Positions 38,241 through 50,156 are shown, counted from the first letter of the stretch. The stretch: DNA of 64,000 nucleotides from an uncultured candidatus Porisulfidus sp. (GCA_965116525.1 OZ220694.1:180886-244885), one strand, 5' to 3'. Numbers and translations: made by a program. The notes: generated from the letters alone by a model not told the origin.

Positions 38241-40087
38241 CAGTCCTGCTCCTGGAATTCCTCAAGCCTGCGCCCCTGCATGGCCTGCTGGATGCTGCGG
38301 TTCATGCGCCGCTCCACGAACGGCTCGCAGGCCTCCTCCAGCGCCTTGATTCCGGCGCGGATCGCATCGGCGTCCGTCTCGTCCCGCACCTGTATCAGCG
38401 CCCGGGCTGCCGTCTCGATCCGGCTGCGTTCCGCATCGTCCGACAGTATATGCCCATCCGTCTCCAACGCGTCCCGTAAAGCCTGCACCACCCGGTCCGC
38501 CTCGACCCGCTGTTCGTTCAAGGCCCGGCTCGCCACATCCTCCTCGGCATGCTCAACCGAGTCCCGAAGCATCTGTTCGATCTCCGACTCCTCCAGTCCG
38601 TAGGACGGCTTGACCGACACCCCGGCGCGCACGCCACTCACGGTTTCCGTCGCCTCCACCGTCAGAAGTCCGTCCGCATCGACCTGGAATTCCACCCGGA
38701 TACGGGCAGCGCCCGCCGTCATCGGCGGGATGCCGCGCAATTCGAAGCGCGCCAGCGAGCGGCAATCCGAGACCAGTTCCCGCTCGCCCTGCACCACGTG
38801 CACCGCGAGCGCCGTCTGGCCATCCTTGAAAGTGGTGAATTCCTGGGCATGATGGGCCGGGATGGTGGTGTTGCGCTCGATGACCCGTTCCACGAGTTCG
38901 CCCATGATCTCGATCCCGAGCGACAAGGGAATGACGTCCAGCAGCAGCATGTCCTGGTCCTGCGCGTTGCCGACCAGCACATCGGCCTGGATCGCGGCGC
39001 CCAGCGCCACCACTCGGTCCGGGTCGATCCCGGTATGGACCTCCCGGGAGAAAAACTTCGAGACTTCGCGGCGCAGGTACGGCATCCGCGTCACGCCCCC
39101 GACCATGACCACTTCCTGGATGTCCCCGGCCTCGACTCCGGCATCCGACAGGGCGCGGCGGCAGCACTGCAGCGTCCGCCCAAGCAACGGGGCCGACCGC
39201 CGCTCCAATTCTTCGCGGGTCAAGGTCAGCATCTTGCCGTCGCCGCAGTCGATCCGGGCAGAATCCTGTTCCGACAATTCCTCCCGAGCCTGGCGCACCG
39301 CCTGGAGGATCGTCCGCGTCCAGACCCGGTCCACCTCTTCCGGGCCGCACTCTTCCTTTACCCAATCCAGCAGGATCCGGTCCAGGTCGTCTCCGCCCAA
39401 CTCGGTGTCGCCGCCCGTCGCCCGCACCTCGAACACGCCCCGGCTCAGGTGCAGGATCGAGATGTCGAACGTTCCCCCGCCCAGGTCGAAGACCGCGATC
39501 AGCCCGCGGTCGTCCTCCTGATCCAGCCCGTAGGCGATCGAAGCCGCCGTCGGTTCGTTGATCAGCCGCAAGACCGGCAGTCCCGCCAGGCGTGCCGCAT
39601 CCTTGGTCGCCTGCCGCTGGGCTTCGTCGAAATAAGCCGGCACCGTGATCACCGCGCCGTCCAGTTCACCCCCCAGTTCCTCTTCGGCCCGGGCCCGCAG
39701 GGCCCCCAGGATGTCGGCCGAGATCTCCACGGCGGTTTTCGGCCCGGCCGCCGTGTGGAAGCGTGGCACGCCCGAAGTCGAATCCTCCACAAGATCGTGC
39801 GCGTCGTCGATGTCCCCGACACCGCGACCCATCAAGCGCTTGATCGAAAAGAACGTGTTGTCCGGGTCGTCCGCGGCGCCTTGCGCCGCCGCCCATCCCA
39901 CCGTCGCCGGCCCGTCTCCGTAGTGCACGACCGAAGGGAGGCGATGGTGCCCGTCGGGCCCCGTCAGCGTGACCGCCCGCCCATCCCGCATCACCGCGAC
40001 CAGTGAATGCGTCGTACCCAAGTCGATACCGCAGGCGCGGCGCTTGAGCTGAGCCTGTCCCGGTTCCGAAATCTGCAATAAGGCCAT
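38240..40087 (-). CDS. hscA: Fe-S chaperone HscA (Hsp70 family)
   Basis: [12 protein letters not shown] DnaK-type N-terminus. Length is 615 aa. Confidence 0.95.
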
Positions 40088-40090
40088 CTC

Positions 40091-40615
40091 TTATCCTGTA
40101 GAAAATTGCTCCCGGCGGATCTGCAACTGCTGCTGCAGACGGCGGTAGAAACGAAGCTTCAGCAGGACTTCCCGCGCGTCCCGCCAGCGTTCCCCGGCAT
40201 AGCACGTCCCGAAGTCCTCCCACAACGCCCCGGCCTCCCGCTCCAGGCGGGCGCCGAAGGCCTCGGCTTCCGGCAATCCTCCGAGCTCCTCCAGTCCCTC
40301 GCGCAATTCCATCTGCTGCATGAGAAACTCGGCATCGGTCGCCGTGTCCTTCTCGTCATCCACCACCACACCCCGCAACTGAAGCAGGTAGGTCGCCCGC
40401 TCATGCCGGTCATTCAGGGTGCGATAGGCCTGGTTGACGTGAGCCGCGGCCTGCGCCGCGAGGCGCTTCTCCTGGGAGCCTGCCGCCGCGAAGCGGTCCG
40501 GATGCAGTTCCCGCTGTAGGACGCGGTACTGCTCGGTCAGCTGCCGCTCGTCGACCTCAAGCGCGCACGGCAACCGAAACAGTTCGAAATAATTTTGGGA
40601 AAGTTCCAGCGGCAC
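40091..40615 (-). CDS. hscB: Co-chaperone HscB
   Basis: J-domain with the HPD motif in LQRELHPDRF. Confidence 0.9.
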   Translation of the reverse strand: MPLELSQNYFELFRLPCALEVDERQLTEQYRVLQRELHPDRFAAAGSQEKRLAAQAAAHVNQAYRTLNDRHERATYLLQLRGVVVDDEKDTATDAEFLMQQMELREGLEELGGLPEAEAFGARLEREAGALWEDFGTCYAGERWRDAREVLLKLRFYRRLQQQLQIRREQFSTG

Positions 40616-40636
40616 CGCCGCCCCCTGGTCCCGTGC

Positions 40637-40960
40637 TCAGATGCTGAAGCTTTCGCCGCACCCGCACCGCGCTTTTTCGTTGGGATTGGTGAAGCGGAAC
40701 CCCTCGTTCAGTCCTTCGCGCCCGTAATCCAGTTCGGCGCCATCCAGGTAGGCCAGGCTCTTCGGGGAGATCACCACCTTCACGCCCTTGTCCTCGAACA
40801 CCTGGTCGTCCTCTTCCAGGTCATCGGCGAATTCCAGCACGTAGGCCATTCCGGAACAGCCGGTGGTCTTCACGCCCAGGCGCAAGCCGAGCCCACGCCC
40901 GCGTTTCTCCAAGTGCGTGCGGATCTGCCCGGCCGCAGCCTCGGTCAGCGAGATGGCCAT
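40637..40960 (-). CDS. iscA: Fe-S carrier IscA
   Basis: 107 aa with the C-terminal CGCGESF motif. Confidence 0.9.
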   Translation of the reverse strand: MAISLTEAAAGQIRTHLEKRGRGLGLRLGVKTTGCSGMAYVLEFADDLEEDDQVFEDKGVKVVISPKSLAYLDGAELDYGREGLNEGFRFTNPNEKARCGCGESFSI

Positions 40961-40972
40961 GCCGGTTGCGGG

Positions 40973-41398
40973 TCAGACGGCTTCCGCCAACTGTGCCTCG
41001 CCCGGCACCTCAGTCTCGCGAGACTGCTTGCCTTCGTAATCCTCGATCGCCGCGCGGATGGCGTCTTCCGCCAGGACCGAGCAGTGGATCTTCACCGGCG
41101 GCAACGCCAATTCCTCGGCGATGTCGGTGTTGCGGATCTCCCCGGCCTCCGCCAAGGTCTTGCCGCGCACCCACTCGGTCAGCAGACTGGACGACGCGAT
41201 CGCCGAGCCGCAGCCGTAGGTCTTGAACTTGGCGTCTTCGATCACGCCTTCATTGCTGACCTTGATCTGAAGCTTCATCACGTCCCCGCAGGCCGGCGCG
41301 CCGACCATGCCGGTGCCTACCTGCGCGTCGTCCTTGTCCAGCGAACCGACGTTGCGCGGGTGTTCATAGTGATCCAGAACTTTTTTTCCATATGCCAT
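40973..41398 (-). CDS. iscU: Fe-S scaffold IscU
   Basis: MAYGKKVLDHYEHPRNVG...GAPACGDVM. Confidence 0.95.
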   Translation of the reverse strand: MAYGKKVLDHYEHPRNVGSLDKDDAQVGTGMVGAPACGDVMKLQIKVSNEGVIEDAKFKTYGCGSAIASSSLLTEWVRGKTLAEAGEIRNTDIAEELALPPVKIHCSVLAEDAIRAAIEDYEGKQSRETEVPGEAQLAEAV

Positions 41399-41422
41399 GA
41401 TGCTTTCTCCTGCTTAGCATTA

Positions 41423-42646
41423 TCAGTGTACCGCCCACTGCACCGAGTCCAGGTCGACCCCTTCCTGGTACATCTCCCAGAGGGGAGACAGGTCGCGAAG
41501 CCGCTGCACGGCTTGCTCGATGAGTGAGATGGTGTAGTCGATTTCTTCCTCGGTCGTAAAACGCCCGATGGTGAAGCGCAGCGAACTGTGCGCAAGTTCG
41601 TCGTTGCGGCCCAGCGCACGCAATACGTAACTGGGTTCCAGCGAGGCCGAGGTACAGGCCGAACCGCTGGACACCGCGATGTCCTTCAGCGCCATGATCA
41701 ACGATTCGCCTTCCACGAAGTTGAAGCTGACGTTGAGGTTGCCCGGCACCCGTTGTTCGAGGTCGCCGTTGAGGTAGACCTCCTCCATCTGGTTGAGGCC
41801 GTTCCAGAGCCGGTCGCGCAGGGCGCGGATGCGGGCCGATTCCTCCGTCAGCTCTTCGCGGGCGAGCCGGAAAGCCTCGCCCATGCCGACGATCTGGTGC
41901 GTCGGCAGAGTGCCGGAGCGAAGCCCGCGTTCATGTCCGCCGCCGTGTATCTGCGCCTCCAGGCGTACCCGGGGCTTGCGGCAGATGTACAGCGCGCCGA
42001 TCCCTTTCGGGCCGTAGATCTTGTGTGCGGACAGAGTCATCAGGTCGATCTGCATCTCATGTACGTCGATCGGGATCTTGCCAGCGCCCTGCGCCGCGTC
42101 GACATGCAGGATGATGCCGCGCTCGCGGGTCATCTTGCCGATCGCGCCGATGTCCTGGACGACGCCGATCTCGTTGTTGACGAGCATCACCGACACCACC
42201 ACCGTGTCGTCGCGTAGCGACGCCTCCAATTCTTTCAGATCCAGCAGGCCGTTCGCCTGCGGCGCCAGGTAGGTCACCTCGAAGCCTTCCCGCTCCAGCT
42301 GCCGGCAGGTGTCCAGCACGGCCTTGTGTTCGGTCTTGACGGTGACGATGTGCTTGCCCTTCTTCTGGTAGAAATGGGCGGCGCCCTTGATCGCCAGGTT
42401 GTCCGACTCGGTGCCGCCGCTGGTCCAGATGACCTCGCGCGGGTCGGCGCCGATCAGTTCCGCGACCTGCTTGCGCGCCTCGTCGACCGCCTCCTCGGCG
42501 TGCCAGCCGAAGCTGTGCGAACGCGAGGCGGGGTTGCCGAACTCACCGTCCGGCGTCAAGTACTGGCGCATCTTGTCCGCCACCCGCGGATCCACCGGCG
42601 TGGTGGCCGAATAGTCCAGGTAAATGGGGAGATTGAGTTCGCTCAT
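41423..42646 (-). CDS. iscS: Cysteine desulfurase IscS
   Basis: 407 aa. The active-site loop SSGSACTS is present. Confidence 0.95.
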   Translation of the reverse strand: MSELNLPIYLDYSATTPVDPRVADKMRQYLTPDGEFGNPASRSHSFGWHAEEAVDEARKQVAELIGADPREVIWTSGGTESDNLAIKGAAHFYQKKGKHIVTVKTEHKAVLDTCRQLEREGFEVTYLAPQANGLLDLKELEASLRDDTVVVSVMLVNNEIGVVQDIGAIGKMTRERGIILHVDAAQGAGKIPIDVHEMQIDLMTLSAHKIYGPKGIGALYICRKPRVRLEAQIHGGGHERGLRSGTLPTHQIVGMGEAFRLAREELTEESARIRALRDRLWNGLNQMEEVYLNGDLEQRVPGNLNVSFNFVEGESLIMALKDIAVSSGSACTSASLEPSYVLRALGRNDELAHSSLRFTIGRFTTEEEIDYTISLIEQAVQRLRDLSPLWEMYQEGVDLDSVQWAVH

Positions 42647-43140
42647 AGGATGGCCTCCTGCCCTTCCACGGCCGAATTCACGGGAAACCCGTGGTGCTCG
42701 GCGAATTTAACGTTCTGGCGCAAGGCCACTTCGCGAACCCGCTGCTGGCTCAGCACGTCCGCCAGGCTGACGCGACCCAGATAGCGTTCGATCTCGCGGC
42801 CCAGTTCCTCCCACAAGCCATGGGTCAGGCAGGGCTGGTTGTCCTGGCAATTCTCGCTCCCGCCGCAACGCGTCGCATCCACGCGCTCATCGACCGCCGC
42901 GATCACCTCGGCGACTGAAATCGCCGGCACGTCCCGCGCCAGGCAGTATCCGCCTCCGGGCCCGCGCACGCTGTCGACCAGTCCGGCCCGGCGCAGGCGG
43001 GAGAACAGCTGCTCCAGATACGAACGCGAGATGCCCTGGCGCTCGGCAATGCTCGCCAGCGCCACCGGCCCTTGCTCGCCGTGCATCGCCACGTCCAACA
43101 TGGCGGTCACGGCATAGCGTCCTTTTGCATTCAGTTTCAT
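42643..43140 (-). CDS. iscR: Fe-S cluster regulator IscR (Rrf2 family)
   Basis: Internal [21 protein letters not shown]. Cys ligands lie in ...[18 protein letters not shown]. Confidence 0.9.
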   Translation of the reverse strand: MKLNAKGRYAVTAMLDVAMHGEQGPVALASIAERQGISRSYLEQLFSRLRRAGLVDSVRGPGGGYCLARDVPAISVAEVIAAVDERVDATRCGGSENCQDNQPCLTHGLWEELGREIERYLGRVSLADVLSQQRVREVALRQNVKFAEHHGFPVNSAVEGQEAIL

Positions 43141-43173
43141 AACATCCAGTCTCCGGCGATGCGGAACAAAGAG

Positions 43174-43222
43174 CATATTGACATACCTGACCGGAATAGT
43201 CAAGTATTCCTTAAGGGATAGG
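43174..43222 (-). promoter_or_regulatory. Candidate IscR operator region upstream of iscR
   Basis: ATATTGACATACCTGAC...GGAATAGTCAAGTATTCCTTAAGGGATAGG contains imperfect ATAxTGAC / GTCAxxTAT half-sites like the type-1 IscR box. Judged by eye only. Confidence 0.3.
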
Positions 43223-43343
43223 CAAGAAAATGCAGAAGCGCTCCACTACATTATGATAGGCGCGCTCCGACAGCACCCGAAACCTGCTTCCGGAGCGTGG
43301 AAATCCACCCCAAACGCTTCTTCGCCTCACCTATACGCCTGCC

Positions 43344-44132
43344 ATGAGCGCCCTGCTGAACATCGCTGTCGACGCCGCCGAGGCGGCCGGGCGGATCATC
43401 ATCCGCCACCACAACTTCACCGATCGGGTCAAGGTGGAGCGCAAAGGCGCGCACGACTTCGTCTCCAGCGTGGATCACGAGGCCGAGGAGGAAATCGTCG
43501 CCTGCCTGCACAAGGCGCACCCCGAACATGCCATCCTGGCGGAAGAAGGCGCCGCCCATGATCTCCCCGACGCCGAATTCGAATGGCTCGTCGACCCGCT
43601 GGACGGCACCACCAACTTCCTGTTCGGCATCCCCCACTACGCCGTGTCGATCGCCCTGCGGCAGCAGGGCCAACTTCTGCTCGGGGTCGTATACGACCCG
43701 TTCAAGCAGGAAATGTTCACGGCAGAAACCGGCCGCGGGGCCTTCCTCGACGGGCGGCGCATCCGTGCCCGCACCGGGCGGGGATTGGAGGATGCCCTGC
43801 TCGCGACGGGTTTCCCGTTCCGCGACGGCGCCGACCTCGACCACTATCTGGCTACCCTGAGGGCCCTGATCCCGGGAACCTCCGGAATCCGCCGGGCAGG
43901 CTCGGCGGCACTGGACCTCGCCTATGTGGCGGCGGGACGATACGACGGCTTCTGGGAGTTCGGCCTCAGACCCTGGGATATGGCCGCCGGCATCGTTCTT
44001 GCCCGGGAAGCGGGGGTGATCGTGAAGGACCTGGACGGCGGCGAAGACCCGCTTGCCAGCGGCAACATCATTGCCGCTCCACCGAGGGTGCTGGAGGAAA
44101 TGCTGGGGCGGCTCGAAGCCTTGGAGAAATAG
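43344..44132 (+). CDS. suhB: Inositol monophosphatase-family protein SuhB
   Basis: DPLDGTTNF and WDMAAG motifs. It is divergent from iscR, as in E. coli. Confidence 0.85.
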   Translation: MSALLNIAVDAAEAAGRIIIRHHNFTDRVKVERKGAHDFVSSVDHEAEEEIVACLHKAHPEHAILAEEGAAHDLPDAEFEWLVDPLDGTTNFLFGIPHYAVSIALRQQGQLLLGVVYDPFKQEMFTAETGRGAFLDGRRIRARTGRGLEDALLATGFPFRDGADLDHYLATLRALIPGTSGIRRAGSAALDLAYVAAGRYDGFWEFGLRPWDMAAGIVLAREAGVIVKDLDGGEDPLASGNIIAAPPRVLEEMLGRLEALEK

Positions 44133-44167
44133 CCAGCCTGAGCGCCTAGTCCGCCCGTCCGGCAGGT

Positions 44168-44203
44168 TTGACAGTATTGTATGACCATGCCATACTTTCA
44201 CGT
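44168..44203 (+). promoter_or_regulatory. sigma70-like promoter TTGACA-17-CATACT, with GTATG/CATAC inverted repeats, directly upstream of the vapB2 ATG
   Basis: -35 at 44168-44173 and -10 at 44191-44196. The ATG at 44204 lies 7 nt after the -10, so the mRNA is near-leaderless. GTATG-N7-CATAC (44179-44195), plus a third GTATG at 44202-44206, is a likely antitoxin operator. Confidence 0.4.
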
Positions 44204-44491
44204 ATGGCCAAGATGACAATCCGCTCGACCTATTCGTTCGACGCCGAGACCGTGCAAAAACTGGACCGCCTAGCGGACCACTGGAATACCTCCAAGTCCG
44301 AGGCCCTGCGGCGCAGCATCGACCGGGTTGCGGAACAGACCCTGCGCAATTGCGAAGACGCGGTCGCGGCGCTGGAAGAATTGCAGAGGCGAATGGCCGA
44401 GGCGGGCGTGGATACCGAGAAATGGGCGAAGGAGATACGGGAAGAACGTCGGGCCAGTTCCGAGAAACGCCTGAGGTGGCTCTCCGAATGA
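44204..44491 (+). CDS. Type II antitoxin (VapB-like DNA-binding protein)
   Basis: MAKMTIRSTYSFDAETVQKLDRLADHWNTSKSEALRRSIDRV is a ribbon-helix-helix-like N-terminus. Its stop overlaps the PIN-gene ATG (ATGA). Confidence 0.6.
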   Translation: MAKMTIRSTYSFDAETVQKLDRLADHWNTSKSEALRRSIDRVAEQTLRNCEDAVAALEELQRRMAEAGVDTEKWAKEIREERRASSEKRLRWLSE

Positions 44492-44880
44492 TCCACCTGG
44501 ATACCAACTTCTTGGTCCGCGCGACCACCCATGCGGACTCTCATGAAAGCGAGAGGGTCAAGGCGTGGCTGCGTTCCGGAGAGGTCTTGGGCATGAGTTC
44601 CGTGGCGTGGGCGGAATACCTGTGCGGCGGGTCGAAAACGGACGAGGACATTTCTTTTGCGAACCAGATCGTGACCCATCGGATTGACTTCACGGAAGAG
44701 ATGGCGGCCCTGTCGGCAAAGTTGTTCAATGATTCCGGGCGACGGCGGGGAATTTTTACGGACTGTATGATCGCCGCCACCGCCATCACGAAGCGGGCCC
44801 GCATCGCCACGGCGAATCTGAAGGACTTTCAGAAATTCGAGCGCTTCGGGCTGGCCTTGATGCCCCCCACCTCACACTGA
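44488..44880 (+). CDS. vapC: PIN-domain toxin VapC
   Basis: MIHLDTNFLVRA. A conserved acidic residue sits in ...TDCMIAATA.... Confidence 0.85.
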   Translation: MIHLDTNFLVRATTHADSHESERVKAWLRSGEVLGMSSVAWAEYLCGGSKTDEDISFANQIVTHRIDFTEEMAALSAKLFNDSGRRRGIFTDCMIAATAITKRARIATANLKDFQKFERFGLALMPPTSH

Positions 44881-44898
44881 GCACAGCCCTTCTCCGCC

Positions 44899-45822
44899 CT
44901 ACGGGCGGTCGTCCACATCCTCGGCCGGAATCACCTCAAGGTCGCGACCGCTCACGCCGAGCACCAGCAGGGAACTGCCCGCCACGTAGATCGACGAGTA
45001 GGTGCCGATGATCACGCCCACGATCAGCGCAATGGAGAACGAGTGGATCACTTCGCCCCCGAAGAAAAACAGCGCGAACAGCACCAGCAGCGTGGTCAAC
45101 GAGGTCATCAGGGTGCGCGACAGGGTCTGGTTGATCGAGATGTTGAGGACTTCGGAACTGGAATGGCGTCTCAACTGCCGGAAGTTCTCCCGGATCCGGT
45201 CGAACACGACGATCGTGTCGTTCAGGGAATAACCGATCACCGCCAGGATGGCCGCCAGCACCGTCAGGTCGAACTCGATCCGGGTCAGCGAGAAGAATCC
45301 AATGGTCACGATGACATCGTGCACCAATGCGACCACGGCGCCGAACGAGAACCGGTACTCGAAGCGCAACGCCACGTAGATCAGGATCAGCCCCAATGCG
45401 TACAGCATGGCCAAGCCCCCGTCATCGCGCAACTCCTCGCCCACCTGCGGGCCGACGTACTCGACCCGGCGCAGTTGAAGCTCTCCGCCACCGCGCAGGG
45501 CTTCCAGCACCTGGTTGCTCAGCTCGCTCTGAGGACGCTCGTCCGGCTTGATTCGCACCAGTACGTCCTGTGCCGATCCGAAGTGCTGCACCACCGCCCG
45601 GTCGAAGCCAGACGCCTCCAGTTGCGCACGAATCTCGTCGAGTTCCACCGGGGCCGGGTAACCGACCTCAATCAGCGTCCCGCCTTCGAAGTCCACGCCC
45701 AGGTTCAGACCCTGAGACAGCAGCGAGCCGATAGACAGGACCAGCAGAACGCCCGACAGGATCATCGCCTGTCGGCTGCGCCCCATGAAGTCGAGGCCGA
45801 GTTTGCGTGGGAGTAGTCGCAT
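44899..45822 (-). CDS. secF: Protein-export membrane protein SecF
   Basis: 307 aa with six TM segments, beginning ...LGVDFEGGT. Confidence 0.95.
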   Translation of the reverse strand: MRLLPRKLGLDFMGRSRQAMILSGVLLVLSIGSLLSQGLNLGVDFEGGTLIEVGYPAPVELDEIRAQLEASGFDRAVVQHFGSAQDVLVRIKPDERPQSELSNQVLEALRGGGELQLRRVEYVGPQVGEELRDDGGLAMLYALGLILIYVALRFEYRFSFGAVVALVHDVIVTIGFFSLTRIEFDLTVLAAILAVIGYSLNDTIVVFDRIRENFRQLRRHSSSEVLNISINQTLSRTLMTSLTTLLVLFALFFFGGEVIHSFSIALIVGVIIGTYSSIYVAGSSLLVLGVSGRDLEVIPAEDVDDRP

Positions 45823-45824
45823 GG

Positions 45825-47690
45825 TCAGACCGCCAGGGTCGGCGTGCGCCGGGTTCCGTAGATCCGGTTGATGACCGCCCGGGTCCCCATGATCGCGGTG
45901 AACATGGAGGCCACGATGCCGATGGAGAGGGTGACCGCGAAGCCCTTGATCGGCCCGGTGCCGAAGGCAAACAGCACGATCGCCGCGATCAGGGTGGTGA
46001 TGTTCGCGTCGGCGATGGTCGATAACGCCTTGCTGTAGCCGGCCTGGATGCTGGCCTGGGGCGAGTTGCCGTTGTCCAGTTCCTCGCGAATGCGCTCGAA
46101 GATGAGCACGTTGGCATCCACCGCCATGCCGACGGTCAGCACGATGCCGGCAATGCCCGGTAACGTCAGCGTCGCACCCGGAATCAGCGACATTACCGCC
46201 ACGATCAGGATCAGGTTGGCGATCAGTGCCATGTCGGCGACCAGCCCGAACAGGCGGTAGTAAAGCATCATGAACACCATCACCAGTAGGAAGCCGATCA
46301 GCACCGACAGCGCGCCGAGCTCAATGTTCTGCTGGCCCAGGCTCGGCCCCACCGTGCGCTCCTCCACGATGTACATGGGCGTGGCCAGCGCGCCGGCCCG
46401 CAGCAACAGCGCCAGGTTGCGCGCCTCGCGCGAAGTGTCCAACCCGGTAATCTGAAAGCGCTTGGACAGCTGCTCCTGGATGCGCGCGACGTTGATGACT
46501 TCCCGGCTCTCGCGGGTGACCATGCGCGGCTCGCCGCCGGTCACCACCGTGTCGCTGCGCTGCTCGATGAACACCACGCCCATCAGCCGCTTGACATTCT
46601 CGCCGGTCACCTTGGCGAACTGCCGGGCACCGTCGCCGTCCAGCGTGATGTGCACCGCAGGCAGGCCACGTTCATCAAACCCCGAGGACGCGTCGATAAT
46701 GTGTTCCCCGCTCAGCATCACCCGTCGCTTGAGCAACACCGGGTTGCCGTCACGTTCGTAGTACAGTTCATCCGCCAGCGGGACTTTGCCGGTCTCTGCG
46801 GCCATATAGGGATCCGACTGTTCGTCCACCAGGCGGAACTCCAGGGTCGCGGTCGCTCCCAGAATCTCCTTGGCTCGCGCCGTGTCCTGCACGCCCGGCA
46901 ACTGCACCGCGATCCGGGTGCGCCCCTGCTGCTGGATGACCGGCTCCGCCACACCCAGTTCGTTGACCCGCTTGCGCAGCGTGATCAGGTTCTGGCTGAT
47001 GGCATTGCGGCGAAGCTCGCTGCGCGCGGTCGGGGTCAGCCGCATGACCACGGACGACTGTCCCTCGGTCTCTCCCGTGGTGACGTCGAAGGTCCCGAAA
47101 TAATCCTCTTCGACCGCCTCTTCAATCTGTTCGAAGGTCTGCGCATCGCGGGCCAGCACATGCACCTCCTCGCCATGCACCCGCACTCCGCGGTAGCGGA
47201 TCTCCTGCTCGCGCAGCAGGGTCCGGACTTCTGCGGCATGCCGGGTATACGCCTTGCTGATCGAAGTGTCCAAGTCGACCTCAAGGAGGAAGTGCACGCC
47301 GCCGCGCAAATCCAGACCGAGGTTCATCGGGTGCGCGTTCAGCGCCTCGAGCCAAGCCGGCGTGGCCGGCGCCAGGTGCAGCGCCACCGAGAACCGGTCC
47401 GACAGGGTGCTGCGCAACGCGTCCGCGGCCTTCAACTGGTCTTCCGGGTCGGTAAAGCGGACCAGCAGGGACTCCTCCCCTTCCCGCTCGACCCGGTGGT
47501 CGGACAATCCCTTCAGCTTGAGAATCTGTTCGACCTGCTTCTGTTCCGCTTCCCCGATGGCGACCCGGGACGAGGAGACCTGCACCGAAGGATCCGAGGG
47601 ATACAGGTTCGGGGCCGCATAGAACGCTGCGATCAGCGGGATGCCGATCACCAGCAGGTTCTTCCACCACGGGTATTGGTTGGCTTTCAT
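45825..47690 (-). CDS. secD: Protein-export membrane protein SecD
   Basis: 621 aa with a large periplasmic domain and six TM segments. Confidence 0.95.
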   Translation of the reverse strand: MKANQYPWWKNLLVIGIPLIAAFYAAPNLYPSDPSVQVSSSRVAIGEAEQKQVEQILKLKGLSDHRVEREGEESLLVRFTDPEDQLKAADALRSTLSDRFSVALHLAPATPAWLEALNAHPMNLGLDLRGGVHFLLEVDLDTSISKAYTRHAAEVRTLLREQEIRYRGVRVHGEEVHVLARDAQTFEQIEEAVEEDYFGTFDVTTGETEGQSSVVMRLTPTARSELRRNAISQNLITLRKRVNELGVAEPVIQQQGRTRIAVQLPGVQDTARAKEILGATATLEFRLVDEQSDPYMAAETGKVPLADELYYERDGNPVLLKRRVMLSGEHIIDASSGFDERGLPAVHITLDGDGARQFAKVTGENVKRLMGVVFIEQRSDTVVTGGEPRMVTRESREVINVARIQEQLSKRFQITGLDTSREARNLALLLRAGALATPMYIVEERTVGPSLGQQNIELGALSVLIGFLLVMVFMMLYYRLFGLVADMALIANLILIVAVMSLIPGATLTLPGIAGIVLTVGMAVDANVLIFERIREELDNGNSPQASIQAGYSKALSTIADANITTLIAAIVLFAFGTGPIKGFAVTLSIGIVASMFTAIMGTRAVINRIYGTRRTPTLAV

Positions 47691-47725
47691 GGATTTGTTA
47701 AAGGCCGCCGGCCCGGCCGCCCGAA

Positions 47726-48052
47726 TCAGTCACTTTTCGCAAGCGAACCCTTGGGCAAGACGTTGCTGACCGAATCCCGGCGCAGGCGGACTTCCACGCC
47801 TTCCGCCAACTCCAGGCGCACCGTGCTGGACCCGATGTGCGTGATCCGCCCCATCAGGCCGCCGTTGGTAGACACTTCGTCGCCTTTCTGCAAGGCATCA
47901 ATCAGGGCGCGGTGTTCCTTGACCCGCTTGTTTTGCGGACGAATGATCATGAAGTACATGATCGCGAAGAAGATCGCGATCATGGCGAACATGGACCAGC
48001 CGCCCATGGCGCCTGCCGCGTCCTGTGCCATCGCGTCGTCGATCAGAATCAT
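47726..48052 (-). CDS. yajC: Preprotein translocase subunit YajC
   Basis: 108 aa, single TM, containing ...FFAIMYFMIIRPQNKR.... Confidence 0.9.
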   Translation of the reverse strand: MILIDDAMAQDAAGAMGGWSMFAMIAIFFAIMYFMIIRPQNKRVKEHRALIDALQKGDEVSTNGGLMGRITHIGSSTVRLELAEGVEVRLRRDSVSNVLPKGSLAKSD

Positions 48053-48245
48053 GGGGTCGGATACACCGGTTTTGGGTGAAGCGCATTATGCCATAGGGGA
48101 CGCCTGAACACGCCATACGATCTTCCACAATCCGACAAAATTCCGCCGCCTCTGCCGATCCCCCAGCATCATTGTGCAGAAGTACAAACGCGATGTCGTA
48201 CCAATCCCTGGCCTTGCGAGCCCAGGGTTACCGCTCCGATTCGCT

Positions 48246-48542
48246 CTATCCGGCTAGCTGCGGCTGATATCGTTCGACGTTGATTCGGTCTTCGCCCTTG
48301 CGGGCCTGGGCAAGATCCCAAGCCGTTTGCCGACGCAGCCAGAACTCGGCACTGGACCAGCCCGCCTTCTCCAGGCGAATAGCCATCTCTGGAGAAATAG
48401 CCGCGTGGCCGTTGAGGACTCGCGAGAGGGTGTGACGGGCAACGCCCAAAATCCGTGCCGCCCCGGCCACGCTCAAACCGAGCGGTTCGAGGCAGTTCTC
48501 CCGGATGCTGCGGCCCGGATGCGGTGGATTGCTCATTGCCAT
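48246..48542 (-). CDS. higA: HigA antitoxin (XRE-family HTH)
   Basis: ...[39 protein letters not shown] is a canonical HigA/VapI HTH. Confidence 0.8.
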   Translation of the reverse strand: MAMSNPPHPGRSIRENCLEPLGLSVAGAARILGVARHTLSRVLNGHAAISPEMAIRLEKAGWSSAEFWLRRQTAWDLAQARKGEDRINVERYQPQLAG

Positions 48543-48555
48543 GTTGCTGCTCCTG

Positions 48556-48807
48556 TTAGTGATAGTCGATCAGGTCAATGTCGTAGACCTCGCCGTCGTC
48601 GAAGCGAAAGACCATCCGCCAGTTGCCGGAAATCGAGACGCTCCAGAATCCTTACAGATCGCCTTTCAGCGGGTGGAGGCGATAGCCGGGCAAGTCAAGA
48701 TCTGCCAGCGCGAGTGCGACACGACCTGCCAAGTCGGAACCCACTCGACTCGGATTACCGCGCTCGTACATTCGCCTCAGGCCGCGGTGGCGAAAACTTC
48801 GAATCAT
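48556..48807 (-). pseudogene. higB: higB (RelE/ParE-superfamily toxin) disrupted by an in-frame TAA
   Basis: MIRSFRHRGLRRMYERGNPS...LHPLKGDL, then TAA at 48652-48654, then [31 protein letters not shown] in the same frame. Both halves match HigB, and the gene ends 13 nt before the higA ATG. Confidence 0.7.
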
Positions 48808-48876
48808 GGCAAAGTGTACTGCATAGCGGTACACTCGTCAATGTCCCCGATCTTTCAGTTGCCGAAAGTGTTTCGT

Positions 48877-50156
<1,280 letters not shown>

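Noticed and set aside
44894-44908. Hairpin CCGCCC-TAC-GGGCGG between convergent vapC2 and secF as a bidirectional terminator
   Set aside because: The secF stop codon sits in the loop and neither strand has a U-tract after the stem. Not convincing as an intrinsic terminator.
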